24,000 bases of DNA from Candidatus Hestiella sp. (GTDB lineage Archaea; Thermoproteota; Thermoprotei_A; Sulfolobales; Acidilobaceae), in NCBI GenBank assembly GCA_015522625.1, contig WALX01000133.1:35723-59722 (forward strand). Reading direction: 5' to 3'. Below, piece after piece: positions 1 through 8,466 of the stretch (its first letter is position 1; every line of letters starts with the position of its first letter). The notes beneath the pieces were generated by a model that saw only the letters and a program-made list of their open reading frames with translations, searched no databases and was not told the origin of the DNA. The translations under genes were made by a program, and so were the position numbers.

Positions 1-885
1 ATGAGAGCTGAGTATCCACAACCTGAGAGTTTCAGAGCCCCACTCGGAAAGAGCCTCTTTTAACGGAATTATATTTCCCAGGCTCTTGCTCATCTTTTCC
101 CCTTTAACTGTTAGCATGCCAGAGTGCAACCAATATTTTACCCATGGCCTCTCTCCAAAATAAGCCTCACTTTGCGCTATCTCGTTTTCATGGTGAGGGA
201 AGATTAGGTCTGAACCACCGCCATGTATGTCTATATACCTCCCTAGATACCTTGTGCTCATCACACTACACTCAATGTGCCACCCAGGCCTTCCTCTCCC
301 CCAAGGGCTCTCCCAGAAAGGTTCTCCTGGCTTTGCCGCTTTCCAAAGAGCAAAATCATAAGGATTTTTCTTTTCGGAGACCTCTTCTCCTTGGTTCCAA
401 AGCCTTTTATTGAAGTTCCCGCTTAACCTACCATAGCTGGGTTGTTTATCAACATCAAAATAGACACTACCTCTTGGAGAAACATAGGCAAAACCCTTAT
501 CAATAAGCCTTTCTATGAATTCAATTATTTCTCTTATATGGTCTGTTACCTTAGGGTGCAAATCAATTTTTATGTTAAGCTTCTTTATTTTGTCTAGATA
601 ATCCTTTGTATATACCTCCGAGATTTCTTTCCAAGAGGTCCTAAGTTCCCTTGCCCTATTGATTATCTTATCATCGATATCAGTTATATTTTGGACGTAT
701 ATCGTGTTATAGCCCTTTAGCGATAGATACCTCCTTATCCCATCAAACACAACAAAGGTTCTTGCATGCCCTATATGAGCATAGTCATATACTGTAGGGC
801 CGCACACATACATGTTTACTGTATGCTCGTTCCACGGATGGAATACCTCATTTTCCTTGCTATATGTGTTCTGGATGCGCAACAC
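1..885 (-). CDS. cysS: Cysteinyl-tRNA synthetase, N-terminal ~295 codons; the 3' end runs off the window start
   Basis: Absent from the ORF track because it is open at the window edge. My reverse-strand translation from GTG at 885 reads [54 protein letters not shown]...[13 protein letters not shown]...[21 protein letters not shown]...[12 protein letters not shown]. It carries the class I HIGH and KMSKS motifs and the CysRS-type PGWHIEC block. The frame stays open to base 1. An in-frame stop lies upstream at 952-954 with no ATG between it and 885. Confidence 0.9.
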   Translation of the reverse strand, partial: MLRIQNTYSKENEVFHPWNEHTVNMYVCGPTVYDYAHIGHARTFVVFDGIRRYLSLKGYNTIYVQNITDIDDKIINRARELRTSWKEISEVYTKDYLDKIKKLNIKIDLHPKVTDHIREIIEFIERLIDKGFAYVSPRGSVYFDVDKQPSYGRLSGNFNKRLWNQGEEVSEKKNPYDFALWKAAKPGEPFWESPWGRGRPGWHIECSVMSTRYLGRYIDIHGGGSDLIFPHHENEIAQSEAYFGERPWVKYWLHSGMLTVKGEKMSKSLGNIIPLKEALSEWGSETLRLWILSSH

Positions 886-1211
886 AATAACTTTTTCACC
901 ATCATTTCTTCTAGCAAAAAATCTTTTAAGTCTATTGTATAATAGAAAACATTAAAATGTATTCTTTTATTCAGCGTAACATAACAGTTAAATGGTTAAA
1001 AAGCAAATAATAAACAAAGGTAGAACCCCTATAACCATAAAAGAGAAGCGCCTAAGTATTATCTTGAGATGCGTGGCTTTTCCCAGAACCCAAGTATCTT
1101 CTATTGCATAATAATTAAATTAATGAGCCCTTGGTAGAAGGCGCGATATAAAGGCTCTGGACTGGGTTTCCATCAATAGAGGCAATAATATGCTCCTACG
1201 AATTCAGGAGG

Positions 1212-1260
1212 CTGATGAAATTCCAAAGCTTGCATGTGTTACTAAGTCTGTTTAAGCTGA
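1212..1260 (+). ncRNA. Candidate C/D box sRNA (weak internal boxes)
   Basis: CUGAUGA at 1212-1218 and CUGA at 1257-1260 are separated by 38 nt. That is the minimum interior of an archaeal dual-guide C/D sRNA (12 nt guide, D', 3 nt, C', 12 nt guide). The inferred D' (UGCA) and C' (GUUACUA) are degenerate and there is no terminal stem. An AT-rich aataatatg lies about 25 nt upstream. Confidence 0.3.
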
Positions 1261-1261
1261 A

Positions 1262-1310
1262 ACCGTTCCCCGCCTACGATCTGTGTAGGTCTCTATAGGC
1301 CAATTCATCA
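1262..1310. repeat. Copy U1 of an unassigned ~49-nt GC-rich intergenic element
   Basis: accgttccccgcctacg-26 nt-tcatca. Ungapped identity to copy U3 (19173-19221) is 36 of 49. It contains the hairpin cctac/gtagg. The reverse strand starts with GUGAUGA. Confidence 0.6.
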
Positions 1311-1319
1311 CGGTATTTG

Positions 1320-1367
1320 ACCACGCCCCGCCTACGGCTCCACGTCTGAGGATGGCTAGAATCATCA
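1320..1367. repeat. Copy U2 of the same element (more diverged, tandem to U1)
   Basis: accacgccccgcctacg-25 nt-tcatca, 9 nt downstream of U1. It shares acc, ccccgcctacg and the terminal tcatca at the same spacing, but its middle is divergent. The reverse strand starts with CUGAUGA. Confidence 0.45.
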
Positions 1368-1508
1368 GCGAAGCTTGGTGTCATCCCGCAGTCAACTATA
1401 ATCTTATCCTAGTAAGCTTTATAAAAAATTTTTCTTTCTTTACCAACTCATACCATAAAGAGGTATACCAGAACCTAAAAGAACCCTACAAACTAAAAAA
1501 CTGCAATT

Positions 1509-2885
1509 TTACCCTATCCTTGATATATATTCGTTATATAATGACCTTATATAGCTGATCCAAGTAGAAAGTCCCTCTGGTTTCTCTGGATATATATCAA
1601 AAGCTTTTTGTACTTTTTTCATGTAATCGCCAACTAAAACTAGCTTAGAAAGCAATGAGGGTTTTGCAAGCATCTTCAATGCAAGGGTAGCCTTTTGAAG
1701 GGCCCCCATATTTATATTTAGCTCTCCCTTAACACTTGTCTCATAAGCATCTTTAGCTTTCATCACACCATGCTTAAGACCGTACTCTATTTCATCATTT
1801 GAAAGCCTCTGTAGGAATATCCTAAATATATCTAAAGCGGCTTGCCTTCTCCCAACAGAATTGTTATATGCTATGTTTAATTCCCAGAGACTCCTAGCAC
1901 TAAAGTCTCCGGCTTTAAAAGCCTTCAAAATCACTTTTGATGCGTAATAAGATGAAAGAAAAGCATATCCCATCCCACCACCATGAACAGGGTTGACGGT
2001 AAAGCCGTTATCACCAATTCCTATAAAATTATTCCATACTAATGTGTTTGCCGGCCTCCTTGTTGGAACCCTAGAGCCAGAAGCACTTGCTATACCTTCA
2101 TGGTTTTTAACCATATCGAGTCCTTCTAACCTATCCTTAAATATAGATTTTGGTGAAGGATAGCCCTTGCCATCCTGTACACCTAACCCTATGTTAGCCC
2201 TGTTTTTACCTTCCGGAAAGAACCACCAATACCCACCGGGGGCTATCTCTTGATCAATATAAATCCTGATGTAATTTGGTTCTTCTATGCTGTAAGCAAG
2301 GTTCCTAACTTCTCTGTAGGCTATGTTCGAATCTAATGGGTCAAGCATTTCGTTAGGCGGCCAATCATTAGGGAGTTGCCTCCTTATGAGGGCACTATTG
2401 CCAGTAGCGTCAACTATTATCTTGCCCTTAAACAGGGCCTTCTCTCTGTTAGGTAAAATGGATACAATGCCTATGAGTTTGTCTCCCTCTATTTTTATCG
2501 AGCTTACCCTTGTGTTCAAAAATATCGATACTCCAGATCTTTCGGCCTCCTTTACCATCTTCTTACCATATTCGTTCCTGTTTATCATAAAGCCCTCTCC
2601 TTCAACCTTAAGCGTTACATCTCTCTTTGGGCTTATCAAATATATACCATCAACCTTTTGGCTGAGCTCCTTTCCCTCAGGATATGGCAACCTGGTCTCG
2701 TCAAAGTGGTGTTTCCCAATAGCATCCCCGCAGGGCTTCCCCCAAAGCCCTTCCGCCCCAACCATGTCGATACCTGCTATGTTTAATCCGCTCTTTCTTA
2801 GGAAATAAGCTAAGGTAGAACCGGCCGGACCCAAGCCAACTATCACTATATCAAAGTTATAGGTCTTACCCAACCTTCTCCCCAA
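1509..2885 (-). CDS. Geranylgeranyl reductase family flavoprotein (digeranylgeranylglycerophospholipid reductase-like)
   Basis: 458 aa with an N-terminal FAD dinucleotide fold (DIVIVGLGPAGSTLA). The GGR-like body includes GGYWWFFPEG and a long C-terminal helical extension, as in crenarchaeal GGRs. The start codon is TTG. Confidence 0.85.
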   Translation of the reverse strand: MGRRLGKTYNFDIVIVGLGPAGSTLAYFLRKSGLNIAGIDMVGAEGLWGKPCGDAIGKHHFDETRLPYPEGKELSQKVDGIYLISPKRDVTLKVEGEGFMINRNEYGKKMVKEAERSGVSIFLNTRVSSIKIEGDKLIGIVSILPNREKALFKGKIIVDATGNSALIRRQLPNDWPPNEMLDPLDSNIAYREVRNLAYSIEEPNYIRIYIDQEIAPGGYWWFFPEGKNRANIGLGVQDGKGYPSPKSIFKDRLEGLDMVKNHEGIASASGSRVPTRRPANTLVWNNFIGIGDNGFTVNPVHGGGMGYAFLSSYYASKVILKAFKAGDFSARSLWELNIAYNNSVGRRQAALDIFRIFLQRLSNDEIEYGLKHGVMKAKDAYETSVKGELNINMGALQKATLALKMLAKPSLLSKLVLVGDYMKKVQKAFDIYPEKPEGLSTWISYIRSLYNEYISRIG

Positions 2886-2987
2886 ACCATTATACCTGTG
2901 AGGGGTTTATAAAGAAAAATTATTAATGATATAAATAAGACCTTCATCCTTCGAGATAGCTTTAATAGGCTCCGAGCCTTTATTATT

Positions 2988-3527
2988 ATGGGTGAAAACA
3001 TGAGCGACAGGCCTAATAGGAGGAGATCAATATTCGACCTCTTTGATGATATTATAAGACAAATGGAAGAGGAGATGAGGAACTTCGAGGAGAGCTTCGG
3101 GGGATTTGGTAATGTTGCGAGGGACAGCAAAAAGGAGAATCCATTCTACTACGGCGTAAGGATTTTCGTAGGGCCTGATGGGATCCCAAAGGTCGAAGAG
3201 TTTGGAAACGTGAAGAAGGGGAGATATGGGAGACCTATAATAAGCGAGGAAATAGAGCCAATGGTAGATGTAATAGAAAGAGATGACGAGATATGGGTTG
3301 TGGCAGACCTACCCGGGGTGTCTAAGGAAAATATAAATGTTAGGGCAGTCGAAGATAAAATCTACATAAAAGCCCAAGGAGAATCAAGGAAATATTCTAA
3401 GGAAGTTGAGCTTCCTTCTAAAATAGACACAGATACAGTTAAAGCCTCATATAAAAATGGTGTCCTAGAAATAAAGGTGAAGAAAAAGAAGGAGGAATTT
3501 AAAGGAAAAGAGATAAAGGTAGAATAG
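2988..3527 (+). CDS. hsp20: Small heat shock protein, Hsp20/alpha-crystallin family
   Basis: 179 aa. The alpha-crystallin domain reads DVIERDDEIWVVADLPGVSKENINVRAVEDKIYIKAQ...ELPSKIDTDTVKASYKNGVLEIKVKK. Confidence 0.9.
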   Translation: MGENMSDRPNRRRSIFDLFDDIIRQMEEEMRNFEESFGGFGNVARDSKKENPFYYGVRIFVGPDGIPKVEEFGNVKKGRYGRPIISEEIEPMVDVIERDDEIWVVADLPGVSKENINVRAVEDKIYIKAQGESRKYSKEVELPSKIDTDTVKASYKNGVLEIKVKKKKEEFKGKEIKVE

Positions 3528-3548
3528 AATCATAAAAATGGTGATAAA

Positions 3549-3899
3549 TTGTTTGAAGAGCTAGCCAAAAACATCATTGAATCTTTCAATTCTGAGGTTA
3601 GTGCATTTGTATTCGATAGGAGGCTCATAAAGGCTTCTGATATAAACCATTTAATCCAAAGGGCAGGCCTTGAAAACCTAATAAAGAATGTAAATGTTGG
3701 TAACATTACCGTACTTTTCATTGATAAGGAAGGTATTGAAAAAGAATGCCTATATGAGAAATGCTCTAATATAGAAGAGAAGGGCTATAAAAAGAGTTGC
3801 GTGAAGAAATGCGCAGAGGAAAGCATATCCCTGCTAAAGAGAAAAATCGAGAAAAGCCTTACAGAAGCAACCAACAGCTTTAACGCTTCTAATGCATAA
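3549..3899 (+). CDS. Hypothetical protein with a Cys-rich C-terminal part
   Basis: 116-aa ORF with a TTG start, 22 nt after the hsp20 stop on the same strand. Composition is protein-like. The C-terminal half has CX5C and CX3C pairs (CLYEKC, CVKKC). I recognise no family. Confidence 0.5.
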   Translation: MFEELAKNIIESFNSEVSAFVFDRRLIKASDINHLIQRAGLENLIKNVNVGNITVLFIDKEGIEKECLYEKCSNIEEKGYKKSCVKKCAEESISLLKRKIEKSLTEATNSFNASNA

Positions 3900-3918
3900 T
3901 TTTAAAGAGCAACAAGCA

Positions 3919-4176
3919 CTAGCCTTGCAAAGCCTCTCCTTTGTTTATATACTTTGACCACTTCTTCACATACATATTTATTACAAGCACTAGCCTTTGT
4001 ACTGCATCAGGCTCTATGCAGGCAGTTTCCATCTCCTCTCCATCAGTAGTAACTATATGCACCTTTTTATATCCCTTTGGTTTCTCACACTGGATGATAT
4101 TGTATTCCTTGATTAGGCCATTCATTGCCAATCCCTCAATCTCTATAACCTTTATTGAGTTCTCTGGCTCGGGCAT
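3919..4176 (-). CDS. Hypothetical small protein
   Basis: 85-aa ORF with an ATG start. Its composition is more protein-like than the overlapping + strand ORF 3941-4195, and an AT-rich promoter-like region lies upstream. I recognise no family. Confidence 0.5.
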   Translation of the reverse strand: MPEPENSIKVIEIEGLAMNGLIKEYNIIQCEKPKGYKKVHIVTTDGEEMETACIEPDAVQRLVLVINMYVKKWSKYINKGEALQG

Positions 4177-4250
4177 TCTACCACCTACTGTTTAATTTTA
4201 TGTGAAAGGATTAAATATAATATTTTTTATTTATAATACGTATTGAGAAA

Positions 4251-4264
4251 GGGAATCGATTCCC
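4251..4264. promoter_or_regulatory. Perfect 14-bp palindrome GGGAATCGATTCCC in a divergent intergenic region
   Basis: The self-complementarity is read directly from the sequence. It lies between the divergent genes 3919-4176 (-) and 4366-5319 (+). Its function is unknown; it could be a dimeric regulator site or a hairpin. Confidence 0.3.
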
Positions 4265-4365
4265 TCCATGTCACCCCATTCTATACTTCCTAAAACTAAT
4301 TTATGGTAAGTACTTGCGAAAATATTTTTAACACATAATACAAAATTCATTAGCAGGTTTGAAGG

Positions 4366-5319
4366 TTGGAAATAAAGGGGTACAAAGGGAAGCTGCCAAT
4401 AATGATGCTAATAGTTTTGCTGACCCTGATGTTCTTGGTATTTTCCTTCATGTCTGGTACACCGCTAAAAGCTGTAAAGTACATAGAAGAAGGTGGCTTG
4501 ATGCTTATTTATTCCTTTCTTCTAATAATGGCCTCGGAGCTTGTAAAATCATTTCGTTATTACCTTTTAGGTAGAAAATTAAGGCATAACCTAAGCTTAA
4601 AGGAATCTATACTAGTGCAGTTTATTGGATACTTTGCAAATATATTAACGCCTGGTGGTATAGGAGGGATACCAGCTAGCGCTTCACTATTATCATCATA
4701 TGCTGATCTTAACCTTGGGGAGTCCTTGGGCTATGCTACGCTTCAATCCTTCTTTGATATAACAATCCCCATATTGATTTCATTATACATAAGCTTTTAT
4801 TTCCTGCCAAAGTCTATATTGCTCATACTCTTTTCCTTGCTTTCAATAACACTGTGGATTTCTGCTTTTAGCCCTAGGGTAAAGAATTTCTTGATACGTT
4901 TAACCAAAAAAATCATTAAAAGGGATATCGGGAGTAGAATAGAAAATGAGATAAGCACCTTCCAAAACTCTTTAAAGATAATATGGAGAGAGAAAAAGCT
5001 TGCACTATACCTTTTTCTGATAACTTTAGTTGCGTATTTTATTCAAGCCTTTTCCATTAATGTGTTATATGTGCATGTACCAATTCTAAGGATATTTACC
5101 AGTTTAATGTTCTTCTATGTAATGGCTTCATTTCCAACACCTGGAGGTGAAGGGGGAGTGGAATACGGCCTATCCTTCCTTTTGCCCTTGAAAATAGTTA
5201 TAGAATGGAGAGCCTTGTATGTATTTAGTGCGCTCCTTTCAGGCATTCTCCTCATCTTCAGCATAAAGGACATCAACAACTATATAAACAAGTTTCTTGA
5301 TATCTTAGGCGGATTTTGA
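4366..5319 (+). CDS. Multi-pass membrane protein, UPF0104 / lysylphosphatidylglycerol-synthase-TM-like (flippase-like) family
   Basis: 317 aa and highly hydrophobic. It has the family-typical glycine motifs LTPGGIGGIPASA and FPTPGGEGGVEYG. The track start is TTG at 4366; the ATG at 4402 (MMLIVLL) is an equally plausible start. Confidence 0.75.
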   Translation: MEIKGYKGKLPIMMLIVLLTLMFLVFSFMSGTPLKAVKYIEEGGLMLIYSFLLIMASELVKSFRYYLLGRKLRHNLSLKESILVQFIGYFANILTPGGIGGIPASASLLSSYADLNLGESLGYATLQSFFDITIPILISLYISFYFLPKSILLILFSLLSITLWISAFSPRVKNFLIRLTKKIIKRDIGSRIENEISTFQNSLKIIWREKKLALYLFLITLVAYFIQAFSINVLYVHVPILRIFTSLMFFYVMASFPTPGGEGGVEYGLSFLLPLKIVIEWRALYVFSALLSGILLIFSIKDINNYINKFLDILGGF

Positions 5320-5385
5320 ATCTAGTGCCTGCTTATTTAAGGGTTTATTAAACCTAGAAAATCATTAGAAATTGAGGTAAAAGAC

Positions 5386-6135
5386 GTGGGCAAAAAAGAC
5401 AGAAGAATTGTAATAACGCCCCCAACGCACCCTATGTTTATATCATTGTATATACTAGGAGCTATTCTGATCGTGCTGTTTGCATTCCATTTCCCTGTAT
5501 ACATTGCGATGGCTTCCTATTTAGACTACGCACTAGTATTGGGTATAGTTTCTGCAGTGCTTATTATATCGAGTCCACTACTAAGCTTTGTTAATATAAT
5601 ATTCAAAACTATAGGTACTGGTATGACTGAAAATGTCATGGAGATGGAGTACGTTGATTTTTTTGGAGTACCTATACCCATACCTAGGATATCCTATAGA
5701 GAAGCAAAAATGAAGATAGCTGTCAACCTTGGAGGGGCCATTACGCCTTTAGTAATCTCCATAATTCTTTTCACCCTAATGGCCAACTCTCCGTTCTCTA
5801 ATGTATTCTTTAAGGCAGTTATAGTCTCTTTTATAGTAACTACGATAGTTACTTATTTTTTGGCAAGGCCTATAAGTGGAGTAGGTATTGCCATACCAGC
5901 ATTTATTCCGCCGTTGGTCTCTGCTACTGTTTCAATAGTGTTAGCTGGTATAGGCCCTGCAGCAGCCACGTCGGCTTACATAAGCGGAAGCATGGGCAGC
6001 CTCCTCGGAGCTGATATATTGCACATAGCCAGGGAACCTGAAAGAATATTCGCCCCTATGATAAGCATAGGAGGTGCTGGTGTATTTGATGGGGTGTTCC
6101 TGACAGGAATAATTGCATTTGTACTAGCGCTCTAG
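5386..6135 (+). CDS. Multi-pass integral membrane protein (possibly DUF1614-like)
   Basis: 249 aa with a GTG start and several predicted TM helices. The C-terminal half is rich in Gly and Ala. The family assignment is from memory and unverified. Confidence 0.65.
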   Translation: MGKKDRRIVITPPTHPMFISLYILGAILIVLFAFHFPVYIAMASYLDYALVLGIVSAVLIISSPLLSFVNIIFKTIGTGMTENVMEMEYVDFFGVPIPIPRISYREAKMKIAVNLGGAITPLVISIILFTLMANSPFSNVFFKAVIVSFIVTTIVTYFLARPISGVGIAIPAFIPPLVSATVSIVLAGIGPAAATSAYISGSMGSLLGADILHIAREPERIFAPMISIGGAGVFDGVFLTGIIAFVLAL

Positions 6136-6147
6136 CCAAACAAGGTT

Positions 6148-7158
6148 TCATATAATTATATCTATCTCGTATATGGACATGCTTGGGCTGTATTCAATTA
6201 CCTTTCTTGGCTTTCCTACTTCAAAGCTATAAGGACACTTCATGGAGCCCCTTATTTTATTAAGTATGTCGCTATTCTTGTTCTCTAAGATATAAAGAAA
6301 TATCGTGGATTTTCTTTTCTCTAATAGGTTGCATGCACTACTTAAGTAATTGATAGACATTGTAGGGTTATTCATTATTATTTTATTGAACCTACTTGCA
6401 ATTATCTTGTCTAGGTGTGAAGAATCTGCTCTCATAAATGTCACGTCTCCTTTAAGGATTTTCTTATTAATACGATAGTTATATTCAGCCAGATATACTG
6501 CGTATGGGTTTATATCAACTCCTAATATATTGGCTTTTCTTTTTTTGGCTATGTTTATCGAAAACCCTCCAATACCTGTAAACATGTCCAAAACACTGTC
6601 ACCATCATCTATAAAATCTGCTATCCTCATGTGTTCTCCAGCAAGCCTTGGATTGAAGTAAGCCTTGGCCAAGTCAACGTAAAACCTGAGGCCATTTTCT
6701 TTATGTAATGCTAATTTCTTATCTTCACCTTCCAATAATATTAACTTAGGTATCCTGAACTCCCCTGAGGTTGCAGTTTTCGTATAAACTGCCTTTACCC
6801 TTGGGTTCATCTCCATGATCTGTTTAGCGGCTTTTTTAAGCAGCCCCATATCTTTTTTGTAGTTTATTATTGCTATATCACCAATTATGAGGTAGCTGGA
6901 AATTCCTGGGACTACCTCACTTAACCTCTTAACGCTATACTTGTATTTTTCAAAGCCGTCCTTGCAGGTTTCAAAGGATACTCCGCTCTCCTCTAACAGC
7001 CTCCTTGCAAACTCAACTTGGGAGACCGCAAAAGCTATTCTATCCCCAATTTTTTTAGGCCTTAAACCGCTCCTTAACACGTTTCCATTCTTTAAGATAT
7101 CTAGCACCTTTTTTGCATCTGTCTTGTTTACACATATGCAATTGCTTATAACGTCCAA
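6148..7158 (-). CDS. trm5: tRNA (guanine37-N1)-methyltransferase, Trm5/Taw22 (Met-10+) family
   Basis: 336 aa. It has the Trm5 core HKENGLRFYVDLAKAYFNPRLAGEHMRI, the SAM motif VLDMFTGIGGFSI, and an NNP variant of the NLP/NPP catalytic loop (IIMNNPT). Confidence 0.85.
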   Translation of the reverse strand: MDVISNCICVNKTDAKKVLDILKNGNVLRSGLRPKKIGDRIAFAVSQVEFARRLLEESGVSFETCKDGFEKYKYSVKRLSEVVPGISSYLIIGDIAIINYKKDMGLLKKAAKQIMEMNPRVKAVYTKTATSGEFRIPKLILLEGEDKKLALHKENGLRFYVDLAKAYFNPRLAGEHMRIADFIDDGDSVLDMFTGIGGFSINIAKKRKANILGVDINPYAVYLAEYNYRINKKILKGDVTFMRADSSHLDKIIASRFNKIIMNNPTMSINYLSSACNLLEKRKSTIFLYILENKNSDILNKIRGSMKCPYSFEVGKPRKVIEYSPSMSIYEIDIII

Positions 7159-7182
7159 TTCTGCACAATCACCAAAAGTAGT

Positions 7183-7195
7183 TTAAGAATATAAC
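7183..7195 (+). promoter_or_regulatory. TATA-like box upstream of the RNase P RNA
   Basis: tttaagaatataa is centred about 26 nt upstream of the first base of the RNase P P1 helix (7218). This is the expected archaeal TATA-to-start distance. It lies in the divergent gap with trm5. Confidence 0.4.
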
Positions 7196-7217
7196 CTTTT
7201 TAGATTTACTAAAGAAG

Positions 7218-7534
7218 TGCAGGCCAGGATAGCGGCCCACGGGCCCTTGGCCTGAGGAAACACCGCCCTCTCGGTGGCAACCGGGCCCTGATGGGCTGGG
7301 GCAATACCCCAGGCAACGGTACAGAAACGACACGGCCTCCACCAGATGTTGATGATGTGGTAAGGCCTTCTTGGTAACAAGGAGGCAGAAAAGCCACGGA
7401 AAATGGTGGAGGATGCGATGAAACGACCGACCCCGGTGGAGCAAGGCTGGGGGTGATGAAGAGCCACGTAAACCCCCAAGAGCCGCAGAGTCAAATGCCG
7501 CAATACAGAAGGCGGGTTATTATCCTGGCCTGCA
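7218..7534 (+). ncRNA. rnpB: RNase P RNA (archaeal type, ~317 nt)
   Basis: This is a GC-rich island in AT-rich DNA. A perfect 14-bp P1 helix pairs tgcaggccaggata (7218-7231) with tatcctggcctgca (7521-7534). The P4 strands GAGGAAACACCGCCC and ACAGAAGGCGGGUUAU match the conserved-region patterns. GGUACAGAAAC and GGGGGUGAUGAAGAGCCACGUAAACCCCC are also present. The track ORFs on the opposite strand here are artefacts. Confidence 0.9.
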
Positions 7535-7614
7535 TATTTACCTGAAATAGTTTTGATGCACATAGAGCTTATCTTTTATAAGCTTGAAAAATAAAATTTA
7601 CTAAATGAAAGCTG

Positions 7615-8466
7615 GTGAATAACTTGACTCGATATGGAATAATACTTAAACCAAACAGCAAGACCGCGGAGTCCATAGCGATAAAGATTATTGACTTGTT
7701 AAGGAGCCATGGGATAGAGCCCCTCGTTGAAGTAGAATCTACGAAGTCGTCGGATTCGCTCAAAAACCATGAAACCTTTAAGCTTGAAAAAGATAATGTA
7801 GAGAAGCTCATAGTAATAGGAGGAGATGGAACCTTATTGAGGGCGGCAATGAGGAAGAAAAGCGAAAGCTGCATTTTCATGACAATCAGGGCAGGAAAGA
7901 GGGGTTTTATGTTAGATGTAGAAGAAAATGAGCTAAAGGAAAGGATCAATGATTTTATTAGGGGTAACTATTATCTAGTAGAGTATCCAAGGCTTCTACC
8001 GATTTTCAATGGAGAAGAGAAAAAGTGTGCTATGAATGATATAGCCATCTTTACGGCTGATGGTGAGCTTGTCAAGGTGGCCGTTAGCTACAATAATGAT
8101 AAGATATACAACATAGATGGCGATGGCGTAGTTATTTCGACTACAATAGGTTCTACGGCCTATAGCCTAAGTGCTGGTGGCCCTATCATAGACCCGAGGC
8201 TTAACGTCATCGTAATAACCCCCTTAAATCCAATACAGCTACACCTCAGGCCGGTTGTCATCCCATTAAAAGGTTTGATTAGCATTGAATTCAAAGAAGA
8301 TAGTGGAGAATATTACGTAAATATAGATGGACAAGAAAAGATACGCTCTAGATCGAAATCGTTATTAAAGATAACCCCATGCAAACATACAGTCAAGATA
8401 GCCCGCTTTAGGTGGTGGGAGGATTACTATGAAAGGCTGTTCAACAGGTTGCTCATATATTGGTAA
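7615..8466 (+). CDS. nadK: NAD kinase
   Basis: 283 aa with a GTG start. It carries GGDGTLLRA, the NDIAI motif and DGDGVVISTTIGSTAYSLSAGGPII. Confidence 0.9.
   Translation: MNNLTRYGIILKPNSKTAESIAIKIIDLLRSHGIEPLVEVESTKSSDSLKNHETFKLEKDNVEKLIVIGGDGTLLRAAMRKKSESCIFMTIRAGKRGFMLDVEENELKERINDFIRGNYYLVEYPRLLPIFNGEEKKCAMNDIAIFTADGELVKVAVSYNNDKIYNIDGDGVVISTTIGSTAYSLSAGGPIIDPRLNVIVITPLNPIQLHLRPVVIPLKGLISIEFKEDSGEYYVNIDGQEKIRSRSKSLLKITPCKHTVKIARFRWWEDYYERLFNRLLIYW

Noticed and set aside
144-413. 89-aa + strand ORF
   Set aside because: It is antisense to the well-supported cysS reading frame and has a low-complexity, non-protein-like sequence.
1262-1367. Possibility that tandem U1/U2 is a tiny CRISPR array
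   Set aside because: There are only two adjacent copies. The conserved parts are split between the two ends of each unit rather than forming a uniform repeat. The spacing is irregular and there is no leader or cas gene in the window.
1352-1558. 68-aa + strand ORF in the 886-1508 gap
   Set aside because: It starts inside repeat copy U2, runs through AT-rich spacer and overlaps the GGR 3' end. It has no family resemblance and no coding-like composition.
2323-3130. ORFs 2323-2808 (+) and 2846-3130 (-)
   Set aside because: These are shadow ORFs antisense to the GGR and hsp20 regions. The same reasoning applies to the other antisense track ORFs: 3530-3721, 3941-4195, 4359-4574, 6941-7186, 7569-7949, 8365-8634, 9704-9964, 10591-10788, 11040-11255, 12646-12849, 13162-13434, 13780-13980, 14254-14451, 14519-14734, 16038-16223, 16779-17003, 18112-18393, 19837-20022, 20356-20550, 22477-22674 and 23319-23642.
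7169-7563. Three track ORFs on the reverse strand (7169-7444, 7183-7563, 7209-7397) with Pro/Gly/Arg-rich translations
   Set aside because: They lie entirely within the GC-rich RNase P RNA gene on the other strand. Their unusual composition reflects the GC content of the RNA, not coding potential.
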